Shown piece after piece: positions 1 through 12,721 of a DNA stretch of 61,975 nucleotides; position 1 is the first letter of the stretch; each line of letters starts with the position of its first letter. The stretch is taken from the IMG/VR virus record IMGVR_UViG_3300042807_000369; one strand, written 5' to 3'. This stretch comes from a virus. Made by a program: the position numbers and the translations under genes. A model generated the notes under the pieces. That model worked only from the letters and a program-made list of their open reading frames with translations. It made no database searches and was not told the origin of the DNA.

Positions 1-3908
<3,908 letters not shown>

Positions 3909-3965
3909 ACCACGTCGACAGTTGATTTGTTGAATAATATACAGCTGCAAGCGTAAGGAACACAC

Positions 3966-6305
3966 ATGGCAATCGAAAAAGCAATGAACCAACTGCCCAT
4001 GCTCGAGGTGGTCATCGGCGGCGGGGGCATTCCAGCGCCTCAGTCCGACATCGAAATCATCATCGAAGAGGATGGCGGTGCCACTGTGGAGATGGGCGAG
4101 AAGGACGCCGAGGAAGTAGACTTCTACGCCAACCTGGCGGAGGTCATTGACCCGGACGAATTGGTCGGCGTGGGCCTTGAAGTATCAGCCTTGTTCGAAG
4201 CTGACAAGGGCTCGCGCTCCGACTGGGAGTCCATGTACGCCAAGGGCCTGGACCTTTTGGGCTTTCGCATGGAAGAGCGCACCAAACCCTTCCGTGGCGC
4301 GGCCGGTGCAACGCACCCCATGCTGACTGAAGCCATCATCCAGTTCCAGGCACAGGCTTTTAAGGAGCTCATGCCCGCTGGCGGCCCTGTTCGCAGCCAG
4401 ATCATGGGCAAGGAAACGGTGGAAAAGTTCCAGCAAGCCGGTCGCGTGCAGGATTTCATGAACTACCAGATCACCACGGTGATGGAAGAGTACACGCCGG
4501 AGTTCGACCAGCAGCTTTTCTACACTGGCTACGGTGGGTCGACCTTCAAGAAGGTCTACTACGACTACCAATTGGGCCGCATGGTGTCCAAATTGTGCCT
4601 GGCAGACGACGTTTACATCCCGTACAACGGCTCAAGCGTCGTGTCCCAGTGCCCACGGCTCACGCACCGCATCGCAATGGACTCCAACGAGTACAAAAAA
4701 CGCGCGGTGGCCGGCGAATACCTGGATGTGGTGGCGGATACGTATGCTACGCCTACCGATCCAAGCCAAATTCAGGCCGCAGTGGACAAAATCACCGGCA
4801 TTCAGCCCACCACGGACGTGGGCGAGGTGTTTTTGCTGGAGCAACTGGTCGATTTAGACATTCCAGGCTTTGAAGATACGGACGAAGACGGCAAACCAAC
4901 AGGTGTGAAGCTCCCATACGTCGTCACACTGGTAGAAGACAGCTTAAAAGTCGTCGGAATCCGTCGAAATTGGAAAGAAAACGACGAAAAGCGCCTGCGA
5001 CGCAACTATTACGTGCACTACGTGCTTGTCGAAGGCCCTGGAGCCTATGGTTTGGGCTTTGTGCACCTCATCGGGGGCCTCGGCAAGGCCGCAACAAGCG
5101 CTTTGCGCCAGTTGATTGACGCCGGAACGCTCGCCAACCTGCCTGCAGGCTTCAAAGCCAAAGGAGCACGGATCGCGGACGACTCCGACCCCATCCAACC
5201 GGGTGAATGGCGAGACATTGACGCCGGTGGTGCGGAACTTTCTGCTTCGCTGCTGCCATTGCCGTACAAAGAGCCTAGCCAGGTGCTGTTTGCGCTGATG
5301 GGCTTCCTGGTTGACTCTGGTAAGCGCTTGTCCAGTACTGCAGACATGCAGGTGGGCGACGGCAACCAGTACGCACAGGTGGGAACGACCTTGGCACTGC
5401 TCGAGCGCGGCTCCATGGTCATGTCCAGCATCCACAAACGACTGCATTACGCACAGACGTTGGAGTTCCGCCTGCTGTTTGAGGGGTTTGGCGAGTACAT
5501 GCCTGACGAGTACCCCTACGAGGTCCCCGGCGCCAGCCGCAAGATCAAGAAGGCGGACTTCAACACCATGGTCAGCGTGCAGCCTGTTGCTGACCCTAAC
5601 ATTTTTAGCTCCGCACAGCGTATTCAAATCGCGCAGATGCAGTTGCAGTTGGCCCAAAGCGCTCCAAACATGCACAACATGTACGAGGCCTACTACCGCA
5701 TGTATGCAGCGCTCAACATCCGCGACATCGACGGCGTGCTGTTGGCACAGAACACCAATTCGCCTCGCGACCCAGCGTCGGAGAACAGTGACGTGCTCAA
5801 CGGGATGAAGCTCAAGGCCTTTGCCGGACAACAGCACGACGCGCACATCGCAACGCACCTGATGATGGGCCTGTCGCCCATCCTGCATGCCAACCCAATG
5901 GCAGCGGCGGAATTGCAGAAGCACATTTTGGATCATGTTCGCTTGAAAGCGGAGGAAGACGTGGAAGCCGAGTTGTTCAAGACTTATGGCACCGATCCAG
6001 ATCAAATGGTGTCTGCTATCCAGAAGGAAGGCATGGTTGCGATTAAGATCGCGGTGTATATGCAAGAAGTTCGCACAATGCAGGAGACACTGGCTGGGGG
6101 CGACGAGGGACCTGATCCGTTGGTCAAGCTCAAAGAGGCTGAGATTCAACAACGTGCCCAAAATGACCAAGCCAAGATTGCTATTGACCAGCAGCGCCTG
6201 ACTTTGGATCAACAAAAGCAGCAAGAGAACATGCAAATTAACCGCCAGAAGCTGCAACTGCAGCAGGCTAAGCTTAATCAGCCCGGAGGCCAATATGCCG
6301 CTTAA
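3966..6305 (+). CDS. Portal protein (putative)
   Basis: A 779-aa ORF with RBS-like aaggaa upstream, placed at the head of the morphogenesis block. It has an acidic N-terminus and a long Gln-rich C-terminal coiled coil (DQQRLTLDQQKQQENMQINRQKLQLQQAKL) reminiscent of P22-type portal barrels. The call rests on size and position; there is no motif-level proof. Confidence 0.7.
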   Translation: MAIEKAMNQLPMLEVVIGGGGIPAPQSDIEIIIEEDGGATVEMGEKDAEEVDFYANLAEVIDPDELVGVGLEVSALFEADKGSRSDWESMYAKGLDLLGFRMEERTKPFRGAAGATHPMLTEAIIQFQAQAFKELMPAGGPVRSQIMGKETVEKFQQAGRVQDFMNYQITTVMEEYTPEFDQQLFYTGYGGSTFKKVYYDYQLGRMVSKLCLADDVYIPYNGSSVVSQCPRLTHRIAMDSNEYKKRAVAGEYLDVVADTYATPTDPSQIQAAVDKITGIQPTTDVGEVFLLEQLVDLDIPGFEDTDEDGKPTGVKLPYVVTLVEDSLKVVGIRRNWKENDEKRLRRNYYVHYVLVEGPGAYGLGFVHLIGGLGKAATSALRQLIDAGTLANLPAGFKAKGARIADDSDPIQPGEWRDIDAGGAELSASLLPLPYKEPSQVLFALMGFLVDSGKRLSSTADMQVGDGNQYAQVGTTLALLERGSMVMSSIHKRLHYAQTLEFRLLFEGFGEYMPDEYPYEVPGASRKIKKADFNTMVSVQPVADPNIFSSAQRIQIAQMQLQLAQSAPNMHNMYEAYYRMYAALNIRDIDGVLLAQNTNSPRDPASENSDVLNGMKLKAFAGQQHDAHIATHLMMGLSPILHANPMAAAELQKHILDHVRLKAEEDVEAELFKTYGTDPDQMVSAIQKEGMVAIKIAVYMQEVRTMQETLAGGDEGPDPLVKLKEAEIQQRAQNDQAKIAIDQQRLTLDQQKQQENMQINRQKLQLQQAKLNQPGGQYAA

Positions 6306-6444
6306 AGAGATTCCACTCAAGCCAGGGAAGACCAAGCAACCCAAGGGCGTCAAGCCTGGTATGCCAAAAACGCCCCCGGGCGTGCAAGGCCCTAGCATGA
6401 TTGTCAAGAAACGAGACGGCAACCGCCCGGTTAAGATATACTGA
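6295..6444 (+). CDS. Small basic Lys/Pro/Gly-rich protein (49 aa), hypothetical
   Basis: The ATG lies 5 nt after GGAGG. The ORF has 49 codons (MPLKEIPLKPGKTKQPKGVKPGMPKTPPGV...) and overlaps the portal stop by 11 nt. It is below the track length cutoff and could be spurious. Confidence 0.35.
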   Translation: MPLKEIPLKPGKTKQPKGVKPGMPKTPPGVQGPSMIVKKRDGNRPVKIY

Positions 6445-6491
6445 AATGTCAGTGAACGCTATCGGGCGGGGCTTTAAGCCGCCTGCTTTTC

Positions 6492-6707
6492 ATGGAAACC
6501 ACCATGCTTGAATTTGCAGAAGCAGTTCTGAAGGAAATCAGGAAACTCCAGGATCAATCCAAACAGATTGTCCTGAACGGAACCATCACAGACATGGAGC
6601 GCTATCGCTTCATGATGGGTCGCCTTGAGGGTTTGAGAATGGTTGAAGACTCCGTGAAAGAGTTGCTCAAAAAAGTAACTGACGATGTCGACGATTTTCT
6701 CAAGTGA
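6492..6707 (+). CDS. Hypothetical helical protein (71 aa)
   Basis: A track ORF on the same strand, between portal and the GroES-like gene. No domain recognised. Confidence 0.5.
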   Translation: METTMLEFAEAVLKEIRKLQDQSKQIVLNGTITDMERYRFMMGRLEGLRMVEDSVKELLKKVTDDVDDFLK

Positions 6708-6717
6708 AAGGAAGACC

Positions 6718-7188
6718 ATGGAAACCGCAATCCCTGAAATCAACATGACCGCCTTAGAGCGTAAGTGGGCCGAGGAGGCAGCCAACAAGCCGCCTGCTCT
6801 TGAAGACGCCTACACCGAGCTCGGATTTGATCCGGAAAAGCTCGAACAGTCGGTCATCGACACCATTCCAACACCCTCTGGGTGGCGCATTGCCATCCTC
6901 CCCTATCGCGGCGCGGAAAAGACCAAAGGCGGCATCGTCTTGGCCGAGGAAACGCAGCGCAAGACACAGCTTGGCACCACGTGCGGGTATGTTTTGAAAG
7001 TGGGGGACCTTGCCTACGCCGACGGAAGTAAATTTCCAAACGGCCCGTGGTGCAAGGCAGGTGACTGGATCATTTTCGGCCGATATGCGGGTGCTCGCAT
7101 CCCAATCGACGGGGGTGAGATTCGTTTGTTGAATGACGACGAAGTGTTGGCTGTCGTAAACAGTCCTGAAGATATTCTGCACATGTAA
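6718..7188 (+). CDS. GroES/Cpn10-like co-chaperonin
   Basis: An internal ATG at 6718 follows aggaag. The C-terminal ~95 aa (WRIAILPYRGAEKTKGGIVLAEETQRKTQLG...VLKVGDLAY...KAGDWIIFGRYAGARIPIDGGEIRLLNDDEVLAVV) align by eye to the GroES pattern (RPL.DRVLV...EKTxGGIVLP...G.VvAVG...vKvGD.VlFgkYaGtEv..dGee.l.l.e.DILAvv). Confidence 0.7.
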   Translation: METAIPEINMTALERKWAEEAANKPPALEDAYTELGFDPEKLEQSVIDTIPTPSGWRIAILPYRGAEKTKGGIVLAEETQRKTQLGTTCGYVLKVGDLAYADGSKFPNGPWCKAGDWIIFGRYAGARIPIDGGEIRLLNDDEVLAVVNSPEDILHM

Positions 7189-7200
7189 AGGAGCAAAAGC

Positions 7201-8124
7201 ATGAATGACGAGCTGCAATTTAAAGTAGGCGAGGACGAGAGTCCGGCCACTGTATCCATTGGGGAGGACGGTGCTGCTGAAGTGCTGGACAAACCGGAAG
7301 CGCCTCTTGTAGAACAGACCTCTACTGCCCAAACAAGCAGCGAGCTGGATCAGTACAGCGAGGGCGTCAAAAAACGCATCGACAAGTTGACCGCGCGCCT
7401 GCGCGAGACTCAGCGCCGCGAACAGGCGGCGTTGGAGTACGCCAAGAATGTCCAAGCACGTGCCACGCAGCTTGAGCAGCAGTACATGTCCGTGGACAGT
7501 GAGCGGCTGGGCGAGGCCAATGGCCGCATTCAGACGCAAGTAGTCGCACTTAAGCAGATCATTCGCAAGGCTCGAGAAGAGGGCGACATTGATACTGAGA
7601 CGGATGCGCAACAGCGTCTATCAGCGTTGACTTTTGAGCAAAGCCAGGTCACAGCTGCTACGCAACAGCGGGAACAGCAGCAACAGGAGTGGAACTACCA
7701 GCAGCAAGTTGCCGCTCAACAGGCCGCACAGCAGCCACAGGCGCAAGTGCAGCAGGAGATTGATCCTCGAGTAGAGGATTGGGCCGAACGCAATCCTTGG
7801 TACGGCCGAGATACCGCCATGACTCATGCTGCGTGGGGCATACACCGTCAACTTATCCAAGTGGAGGGATTTGACCCCGCGAGCAATGAGTATTATGATG
7901 AACTAGACAACCGCCTAAAACAGGCCTTCCCTCAAAAACTGGGAAGGTCTGCCGAAGCGCAAACTAACAGAGCCACCCGAAACGTGCAAACGGTGGCACC
8001 TGCATCCCGATCATCGGGTATTAACAACGCACGCCGCACTGTCAAACTGACCCCAAGTCAAGTTGCAATTGCCAAAAGATTAGGTGTTCCTCTTGAGGAA
8101 TACGCTAAATACGTAAAGGATTGA
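7201..8124 (+). CDS. Scaffolding protein (putative)
   Basis: A 307-aa ORF with an acidic N-terminus and long Gln/Glu/Arg-rich coiled-coil segments (QQREQQQQEWNYQQQVAAQQAAQQPQAQVQQ). It sits between the portal/GroES-like genes and the capsid genes. Confidence 0.55.
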   Translation: MNDELQFKVGEDESPATVSIGEDGAAEVLDKPEAPLVEQTSTAQTSSELDQYSEGVKKRIDKLTARLRETQRREQAALEYAKNVQARATQLEQQYMSVDSERLGEANGRIQTQVVALKQIIRKAREEGDIDTETDAQQRLSALTFEQSQVTAATQQREQQQQEWNYQQQVAAQQAAQQPQAQVQQEIDPRVEDWAERNPWYGRDTAMTHAAWGIHRQLIQVEGFDPASNEYYDELDNRLKQAFPQKLGRSAEAQTNRATRNVQTVAPASRSSGINNARRTVKLTPSQVAIAKRLGVPLEEYAKYVKD

Positions 8125-8127
8125 ACC

Positions 8128-8607
8128 ATGTCAGACGTTAAATTACCTACCCTCAATCGCACTTCTCGTGGGGCCGAATCCCGGGAGAAAGATGCGCGAC
8201 GTAAGCCTTGGGCACCTCCTTCACGTCTGGATGCGCCTCCTGCGCCTCCTGGATACAAGCACCGTTGGATTCGAGCTGAAGCCGGTGGTTTTGACGACCG
8301 CACGAACATCTCTGGAAAGCTCCGTGAGGGGTATGAGCTGGTTCGTGGGGACGAGTACCCCGACTATCACGTCCCAACAGTAGACGATGGCCGACATGCT
8401 GGCGTGATCAGCGTGGGAGGTCTTCTTCTAGCCCGTATTCCAAATGAGACAGTTGCAGAGCGCAATGCGTATTACCGCGATCGAGCGAATGACCAACTGC
8501 AGGCGGCTGATAACGAACTGATGAAGGCCAATGCTCACAACAGCATGACTATTCAGCGTCCGACTCGCCAGTCCCGCGTATCGTTCGGCGGCTCCACTAA
8601 GAGCTGA
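8128..8607 (+). CDS. Head-module protein of unknown function
   Basis: A 159-aa ORF with a basic/Pro-rich N-terminus (KPWAPPSRLDAPPAPPGYKHRWIR). It is tightly packed between the scaffold-like and decoration-like genes. Confidence 0.5.
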   Translation: MSDVKLPTLNRTSRGAESREKDARRKPWAPPSRLDAPPAPPGYKHRWIRAEAGGFDDRTNISGKLREGYELVRGDEYPDYHVPTVDDGRHAGVISVGGLLLARIPNETVAERNAYYRDRANDQLQAADNELMKANAHNSMTIQRPTRQSRVSFGGSTKS

Positions 8608-8636
8608 CGAAATTCATCTTTTTAAGGAAATGACAA

Positions 8637-9218
8637 ATGGCTAACATCGACAAAGCCTTCGGTCTGCGTCCTATGGGCAATCTCTCGGCCACTGGTGCTC
8701 AAGCTCAGTACGGCTACGAAATTGCTGATAACCAGTCCGGAGCAATTTACCAAGGCGACCTCGTCACCATTTATGATGGCTACTTGGTCAAGTTCGCACC
8801 CGCCACCCACACCGCAGCTGTCGGCGTGTTTAACGGCTGCAACTACATTGACCCCACCACAGGCAAACCCACTTGGAAGAACTACTACCCTGGTTCGGTC
8901 AACATCACCGCTGGCAAGATCGTTGCCGACGTGATCGACGATCCAGCTCAGCTGTTCTTGATCCAGGTAGATGAGTCCGTGGCCCAGACCCAAGTCGGCT
9001 TTAACGCTGACGTCGTGGGCACTGGCGGCAGCACCACTACCGGTGTTTCCACCATGGAACTGGACTCGTCCACTATCGCAAAAACTGCTGCACTGAACCT
9101 GAAGATTGTTGGTCTGTTTGACGTACCAGGCAATTCTTTTGGCACCAATGCCGTGGTGGTAGTGAAAATCAATGAACACCTGTACGGCAGTGCTGGTGTT
9201 GCAGGTCAAGGAGCTTAA
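8637..9218 (+). CDS. Capsid decoration/cement-like protein (putative)
   Basis: A 193-aa beta-rich ORF directly upstream of the major capsid gene (3-nt gap), with aaggaaa RBS. The position matches decoration/cement genes in lambda- and BPP-1-like head modules. Confidence 0.4.
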   Translation: MANIDKAFGLRPMGNLSATGAQAQYGYEIADNQSGAIYQGDLVTIYDGYLVKFAPATHTAAVGVFNGCNYIDPTTGKPTWKNYYPGSVNITAGKIVADVIDDPAQLFLIQVDESVAQTQVGFNADVVGTGGSTTTGVSTMELDSSTIAKTAALNLKIVGLFDVPGNSFGTNAVVVVKINEHLYGSAGVAGQGA

Positions 9219-9220
9219 TC

Positions 9221-10129
9221 ATGGCAATTTCACGCGCACAACTGGTCAAGGAACTTGAGCCAGGTCTCAACGCTCTGTTCGGCCTTGAGTACAAAAACTA
9301 CGAGAACCAACACACTCAGATTTACACCATCGAATCTTCGGACCGCGCGTTTGAAGAGGAAGTGATGGAATCGGGTTTTGGTGAAGCCCCTGTGAAGACC
9401 GAAGGCGCTGGCGTTGCATACGACCAGGCGCAGGAAGTCTACACAGCTCGTTACACCCACGAGACCATCGCCCTGGCGTTCTCGCTGACCGAAGAAGCCG
9501 TTGAGGACAACCTCTACGACCGTCTGTCGGCCCGCTACACCAAGGCCCTGGCCCGCTCGATGGCTCAGACCAAGCAGATCAAGGCTGCGGCCGTGCTGAA
9601 CGGCGCTTTCACCACCTCCATCGGTGGCGACGGCGTGGTTCTGTGCTCCACCTCGCACCCCACACTGCAGGGTCCTAACCTGTCCAACACCCTGGCAACA
9701 GCCGCTGACTTGTCCGAGACTTCCTTGGAACAAGCTCTGATCGACATCCAAGCGTTCACCGACGAACGTGGTTTGAAGATCGCTGTTCAGGGCCTGAAGT
9801 TGATCATCCCCAAAGAGCTGCAGTTCACTGCTGATCGTATTTTGAAGTCCACTCTGCGTCCTGGTACTGCAGACAACGACATCAACTCGATCCGCAACAT
9901 GGGCATGGTCTCTCAGGGCTACACCGTCAACAACTTCCTGACCGACCCAGACGCGTTCTTCATCAAGACTGACGCTCCTAACGGCATGAAGATGTTCGAG
10001 CGCGTGCCCTTGAAGACAGGTTTTGAAGGCGACTTCGACACCGGCAACGTCCGTTACAAGGCTCGTGAGCGCTACAGCTTCGGCTTCAGCGACCCACGCG
10101 GCATCTTCGGTTCTCCCGGCGCTGCATAA
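9221..10129 (+). CDS. Major capsid protein (HK97-fold type, putative)
   Basis: A 302-aa ORF last in the head block and followed by the clearest intrinsic terminator in the window. Codon usage suggests high expression, and the composition is typical of an MCP. Confidence 0.75.
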   Translation: MAISRAQLVKELEPGLNALFGLEYKNYENQHTQIYTIESSDRAFEEEVMESGFGEAPVKTEGAGVAYDQAQEVYTARYTHETIALAFSLTEEAVEDNLYDRLSARYTKALARSMAQTKQIKAAAVLNGAFTTSIGGDGVVLCSTSHPTLQGPNLSNTLATAADLSETSLEQALIDIQAFTDERGLKIAVQGLKLIIPKELQFTADRILKSTLRPGTADNDINSIRNMGMVSQGYTVNNFLTDPDAFFIKTDAPNGMKMFERVPLKTGFEGDFDTGNVRYKARERYSFGFSDPRGIFGSPGAA

Positions 10130-10146
10130 GCGGTTGGAAAAACGAG

Positions 10147-10178
10147 AAAAAGGGGCCTTGTGCCCCTTTTTCTTTTCT
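10147..10178 (+). terminator. Rho-independent terminator after the capsid gene
   Basis: aaaaaGGGGC-cttgt-GCCCCttttt is followed by cttttctt. Confidence 0.85.
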
Positions 10179-10285
10179 TGCAAATAGGTTATATTGAGCC
10201 CATTCCGGGCTTTTCCGGCACATCTGACAGTCCCGGCTGACGACATGCAGACGGATGTGCCTAACTTGCATGTAAGGAACATACC

Positions 10286-10747
10286 ATGGCAAATACCACC
10301 TTCTCCGGACCAGTCACATCTCAAAACGGCTTTATTGGCGCTTTGATAGGCAATATCACAGGCAATATTGCAGGCACCGCAAGAATCACCCACGCCACAA
10401 CTTCCGCGATCAACGCAACTGCTACGGCTACTGCTGCTGAAGTTGCCACCGGCTACATCACATCCACTTCGGCCGCTGCCACCACCATCACACTGCCAAC
10501 AGGCACGGCTCTTGGCGCTGCCATTGGCGCGGCACGCGGCACTGTGTTTGATTTGTACGTTGACAACACTGCAGGTGCAAACACTGTGACCATTGCTGTG
10601 AACACAAATGCGATTTTGTCTACTGCTGCTGCAGACACCGCTGGCTCTTTTGGTGACTTGACTGTGGCTTCCGGTGCTACCGGTTTGGCACGATTTACCC
10701 TCATGTTCTCCAGTGCCACAGCGTACGCGTTCACACGCACTGCTTAA
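10286..10747 (+). CDS. Ala/Thr/Gly-rich virion-module protein (head fibre/decoration-like?)
   Basis: A 153-aa ORF with aaggaaca RBS-like sequence upstream. It is a low-complexity A/T/G beta-type sequence. No domain recognised. Confidence 0.45.
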   Translation: MANTTFSGPVTSQNGFIGALIGNITGNIAGTARITHATTSAINATATATAAEVATGYITSTSAAATTITLPTGTALGAAIGAARGTVFDLYVDNTAGANTVTIAVNTNAILSTAAADTAGSFGDLTVASGATGLARFTLMFSSATAYAFTRTA

Positions 10748-10759
10748 TAGGGAGCCGCC

Positions 10760-11059
10760 ATGAGCTTCAGCAACATTAAGTCGGTACAGAAGACGTCGTC
10801 TGCGGCGGCCGTCTCTGGCCGCACACGTCTGCTGGGGGTCTATTTCACAAACACGGCCACCGCTTCTACCCTCGTCCTCAAGGATGGCGGCAGCAGCGGC
10901 ACGACCCGTTTGTCTTTGGTGACCCCCGCCGCTGCCGGTTCGCAAGACCTGCTGATCCCAGACATGGGTATTCTGTTTGAAGATGGCATCTACATCACTT
11001 TTGGCTCGGCCGAAGTGACCAGTGTGACGCTGCTGTTCGAAGGCGGAGCGGCTGCGTAA
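10760..11059 (+). CDS. Small beta-rich structural-module protein
   Basis: A 99-aa ORF with gggagcc upstream, coupled to the next ORF by a TAATG overlap. Confidence 0.5.
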   Translation: MSFSNIKSVQKTSSAAAVSGRTRLLGVYFTNTATASTLVLKDGGSSGTTRLSLVTPAAAGSQDLLIPDMGILFEDGIYITFGSAEVTSVTLLFEGGAAA

Positions 11060-11346
11060 TGGCAACCAAAAAGGGCATGGGCATTAAAACCTCGGTTAAG
11101 AGCGGTAATTTCCGCCCGACCAAGGCCGGTGCCGGCATGACCAAAAAAGGCGTGGAAGCCTACCGCAAGGCAAACCCTGGAAGCAAGCTGAAAACAGCTG
11201 TGACCTCGGCCAAGCCCTCTGCGGCAGAGGCCAAGCGCCGTGCATCGTACTGCGCGCGCTCCGAAGGGCAGATGAAACAGTTCCCAGAAGCTGCCAAGGA
11301 CCCCGACAGCAGACTTCGCCAGGCTCGTAAACGCTGGAGATGCTAA
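11059..11346 (+). CDS. Small basic protein (DUF5872-like pattern)
   Basis: A 95-aa ORF. The segment KKGVEAYRKANPGSKLKTAV...RRASYCARSEGQM resembles the G..Y......GS.L...V...RR.SFCAR motif family seen in phage and bacterial small basic proteins. Confidence 0.45.
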   Translation: MATKKGMGIKTSVKSGNFRPTKAGAGMTKKGVEAYRKANPGSKLKTAVTSAKPSAAEAKRRASYCARSEGQMKQFPEAAKDPDSRLRQARKRWRC

Positions 11347-11598
11347 ATGGAGATGATGGTATGGAACATAGTCTTAACCGCTGTGGTGGGTCTCATGGGC
11401 TTTCTTCTTAAAGGCAAGTTCGATGAGCTGTCGCGGCTTAGCATTTTGCTGAACCGCACCCGCGAAGAGGTTGCCAGGGACCACATCACCCGCAAGGAAG
11501 TGGACGATCGGGTTGAGAAACTCGTTGTTCACATGGATCAGAGGTTCAACCGCATCGAGCAAAAACTCGATGACATGCAAAAAGGACGGATGATATGA
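11347..11598 (+). CDS. Membrane-anchored coiled-coil protein (83 aa)
   Basis: It has an N-terminal hydrophobic helix (VWNIVLTAVVGLMGFLL) followed by charged helical sequence. Confidence 0.5.
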   Translation: MEMMVWNIVLTAVVGLMGFLLKGKFDELSRLSILLNRTREEVARDHITRKEVDDRVEKLVVHMDQRFNRIEQKLDDMQKGRMI

Positions 11599-11813
11599 AA
11601 GCACCCATGAAAATGGTCAAAAAAGGCGGCAAATCAGTGCCCGCTTTTGCTGCTGATGGCGTCGGCAAAATGAAAAAAGGCGGCGCTGTTGGCATGCACA
11701 AGATGCCCGACGGCAAGATGATGAAAGATTCTGACATGGCCGACAAGATGGGTCGTGCCGTGAAACGTAAAACGGCCGACGTTAAAGGCCGTGCAATGAA
11801 AAAAGGAGCTTGA
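11595..11813 (+). CDS. Met/Lys/Gly-rich small protein A (72 aa)
   Basis: A track ORF overlapping its upstream neighbour by 4 nt (ATGA). Its composition is extreme, with KKGG motifs x2 plus a C-terminal KKGA. Confidence 0.55.
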   Translation: MKAPMKMVKKGGKSVPAFAADGVGKMKKGGAVGMHKMPDGKMMKDSDMADKMGRAVKRKTADVKGRAMKKGA

Positions 11814-11814
11814 T

Positions 11815-12054
11815 ATGGCTGGAAGAGGAATGGGTTGCGCCACTCGTGGCGGCGGTGCTGTTGAAAGCGGCCCCAAAAACAAAGTGATGTCCGAGCCCAG
11901 TAAAACTACTGGTCCCGTGATGATGAAAAAAGGTGGCATGGCCAACAAAGGCGGCATCAATCAGCACAAGCGCATGGCCATGGGCAAGCCCGTTGGCAAA
12001 ATGGGCGGTGGCATGATGGCCAAGGGCTACAAAAAAGGCGGAGCAGCCTGCTAA
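11815..12054 (+). CDS. Met/Lys/Gly-rich small protein B (79 aa)
   Basis: A track ORF starting 2 nt after the previous stop. It carries KKGG/NKGG motifs and has the same odd composition as 11595..11813. Confidence 0.55.
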   Translation: MAGRGMGCATRGGGAVESGPKNKVMSEPSKTTGPVMMKKGGMANKGGINQHKRMAMGKPVGKMGGGMMAKGYKKGGAAC

Positions 12055-12720
12055 ATGGCCACATCCGGCACAACCACATTCAACCTGTCGATTGACGACC
12101 TGGTTGAGGAGGCGTTTGAGCGCTGCGGCATGCGTGCGACCAGTGGGTATCAACTCACCTCGGCCCGCCGCTCGCTCAACTTGCTGTTCCTTGACTGGGC
12201 CAATCGCGGGCTGAACCTGTGGACGATCGAGCAGGCGTCTATCCCGTTGACCGCTGGTGTCTACGAGATCGCGCTGGATGAGTCGGTTGTCAACGTGCTT
12301 GAGGCGGTCATTCGACAAAACAACCAGGGCACCAACACGGACGTGTACATTGAGCGCATCAGTCGCGAAGACTGGCTCAACGTGCCCGACAAGACCACGC
12401 AGGCCCGCCCTGCGCAGTTCTACGTCGAGCGCACCACCATCCCCAAGGTGTACTTTTACCCTGCCCCGGCTGCCGGGTACACGTTCGTGTATTACCGCAT
12501 CCGCCGCATCCAAGACGCCGGTGGCTACACCAACACGGCCGACGTGAACTTCAGGTTCTTGCCGTGCTTGGCTTCTGGCCTGGCCTACTACCTGTCGCTT
12601 AAGTTTGCGGCTGACCGGACTGCGGCCCTGAAGGCGATCTACGAAGAAGACTTCCAGCGCGCTGCATTGGAAGACCGAGACACCGCCAGCGTGCAGTTTG
12701 TGCCGGACATGGGGGTATGA
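12055..12720 (+). CDS. Head-tail adaptor/connector-like structural protein (putative)
   Basis: A 221-aa ORF directly abutting its neighbours. The N-terminal pattern DDLVEEAFERCG...LTSARRSLNLLFLDWANRGLNLW resembles adaptor families of podoviruses from memory. This is weak evidence. Confidence 0.4.
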   Translation: MATSGTTTFNLSIDDLVEEAFERCGMRATSGYQLTSARRSLNLLFLDWANRGLNLWTIEQASIPLTAGVYEIALDESVVNVLEAVIRQNNQGTNTDVYIERISREDWLNVPDKTTQARPAQFYVERTTIPKVYFYPAPAAGYTFVYYRIRRIQDAGGYTNTADVNFRFLPCLASGLAYYLSLKFAADRTAALKAIYEEDFQRAALEDRDTASVQFVPDMGV

Positions 12721-12721
12721 C

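Noticed and set aside
3909-3965. Promoter between the giant ORF and portal (TTGATT ... TAATAT)
   Set aside because: The spacing between the -35-like and -10-like hexamers is only about 7 nt, so it is not a functional sigma70 geometry.
4944-6422. 492-aa minus-strand ORF inside the portal gene
   Set aside because: It is antisense to the portal ORF, has a low-complexity Leu/Val/His/Arg composition, and has no partner genes on that strand.
9230-11065. 611-aa ORF on the minus strand, antisense to the capsid genes
   Set aside because: It is antisense to several well-supported, tightly coupled plus-strand genes (MCP and neighbours). Its composition is Arg/Gly/Ala/Cys-rich junk typical of open antisense frames in GC-rich coding DNA. 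It has no RBS, and it spans a plus-strand terminator.
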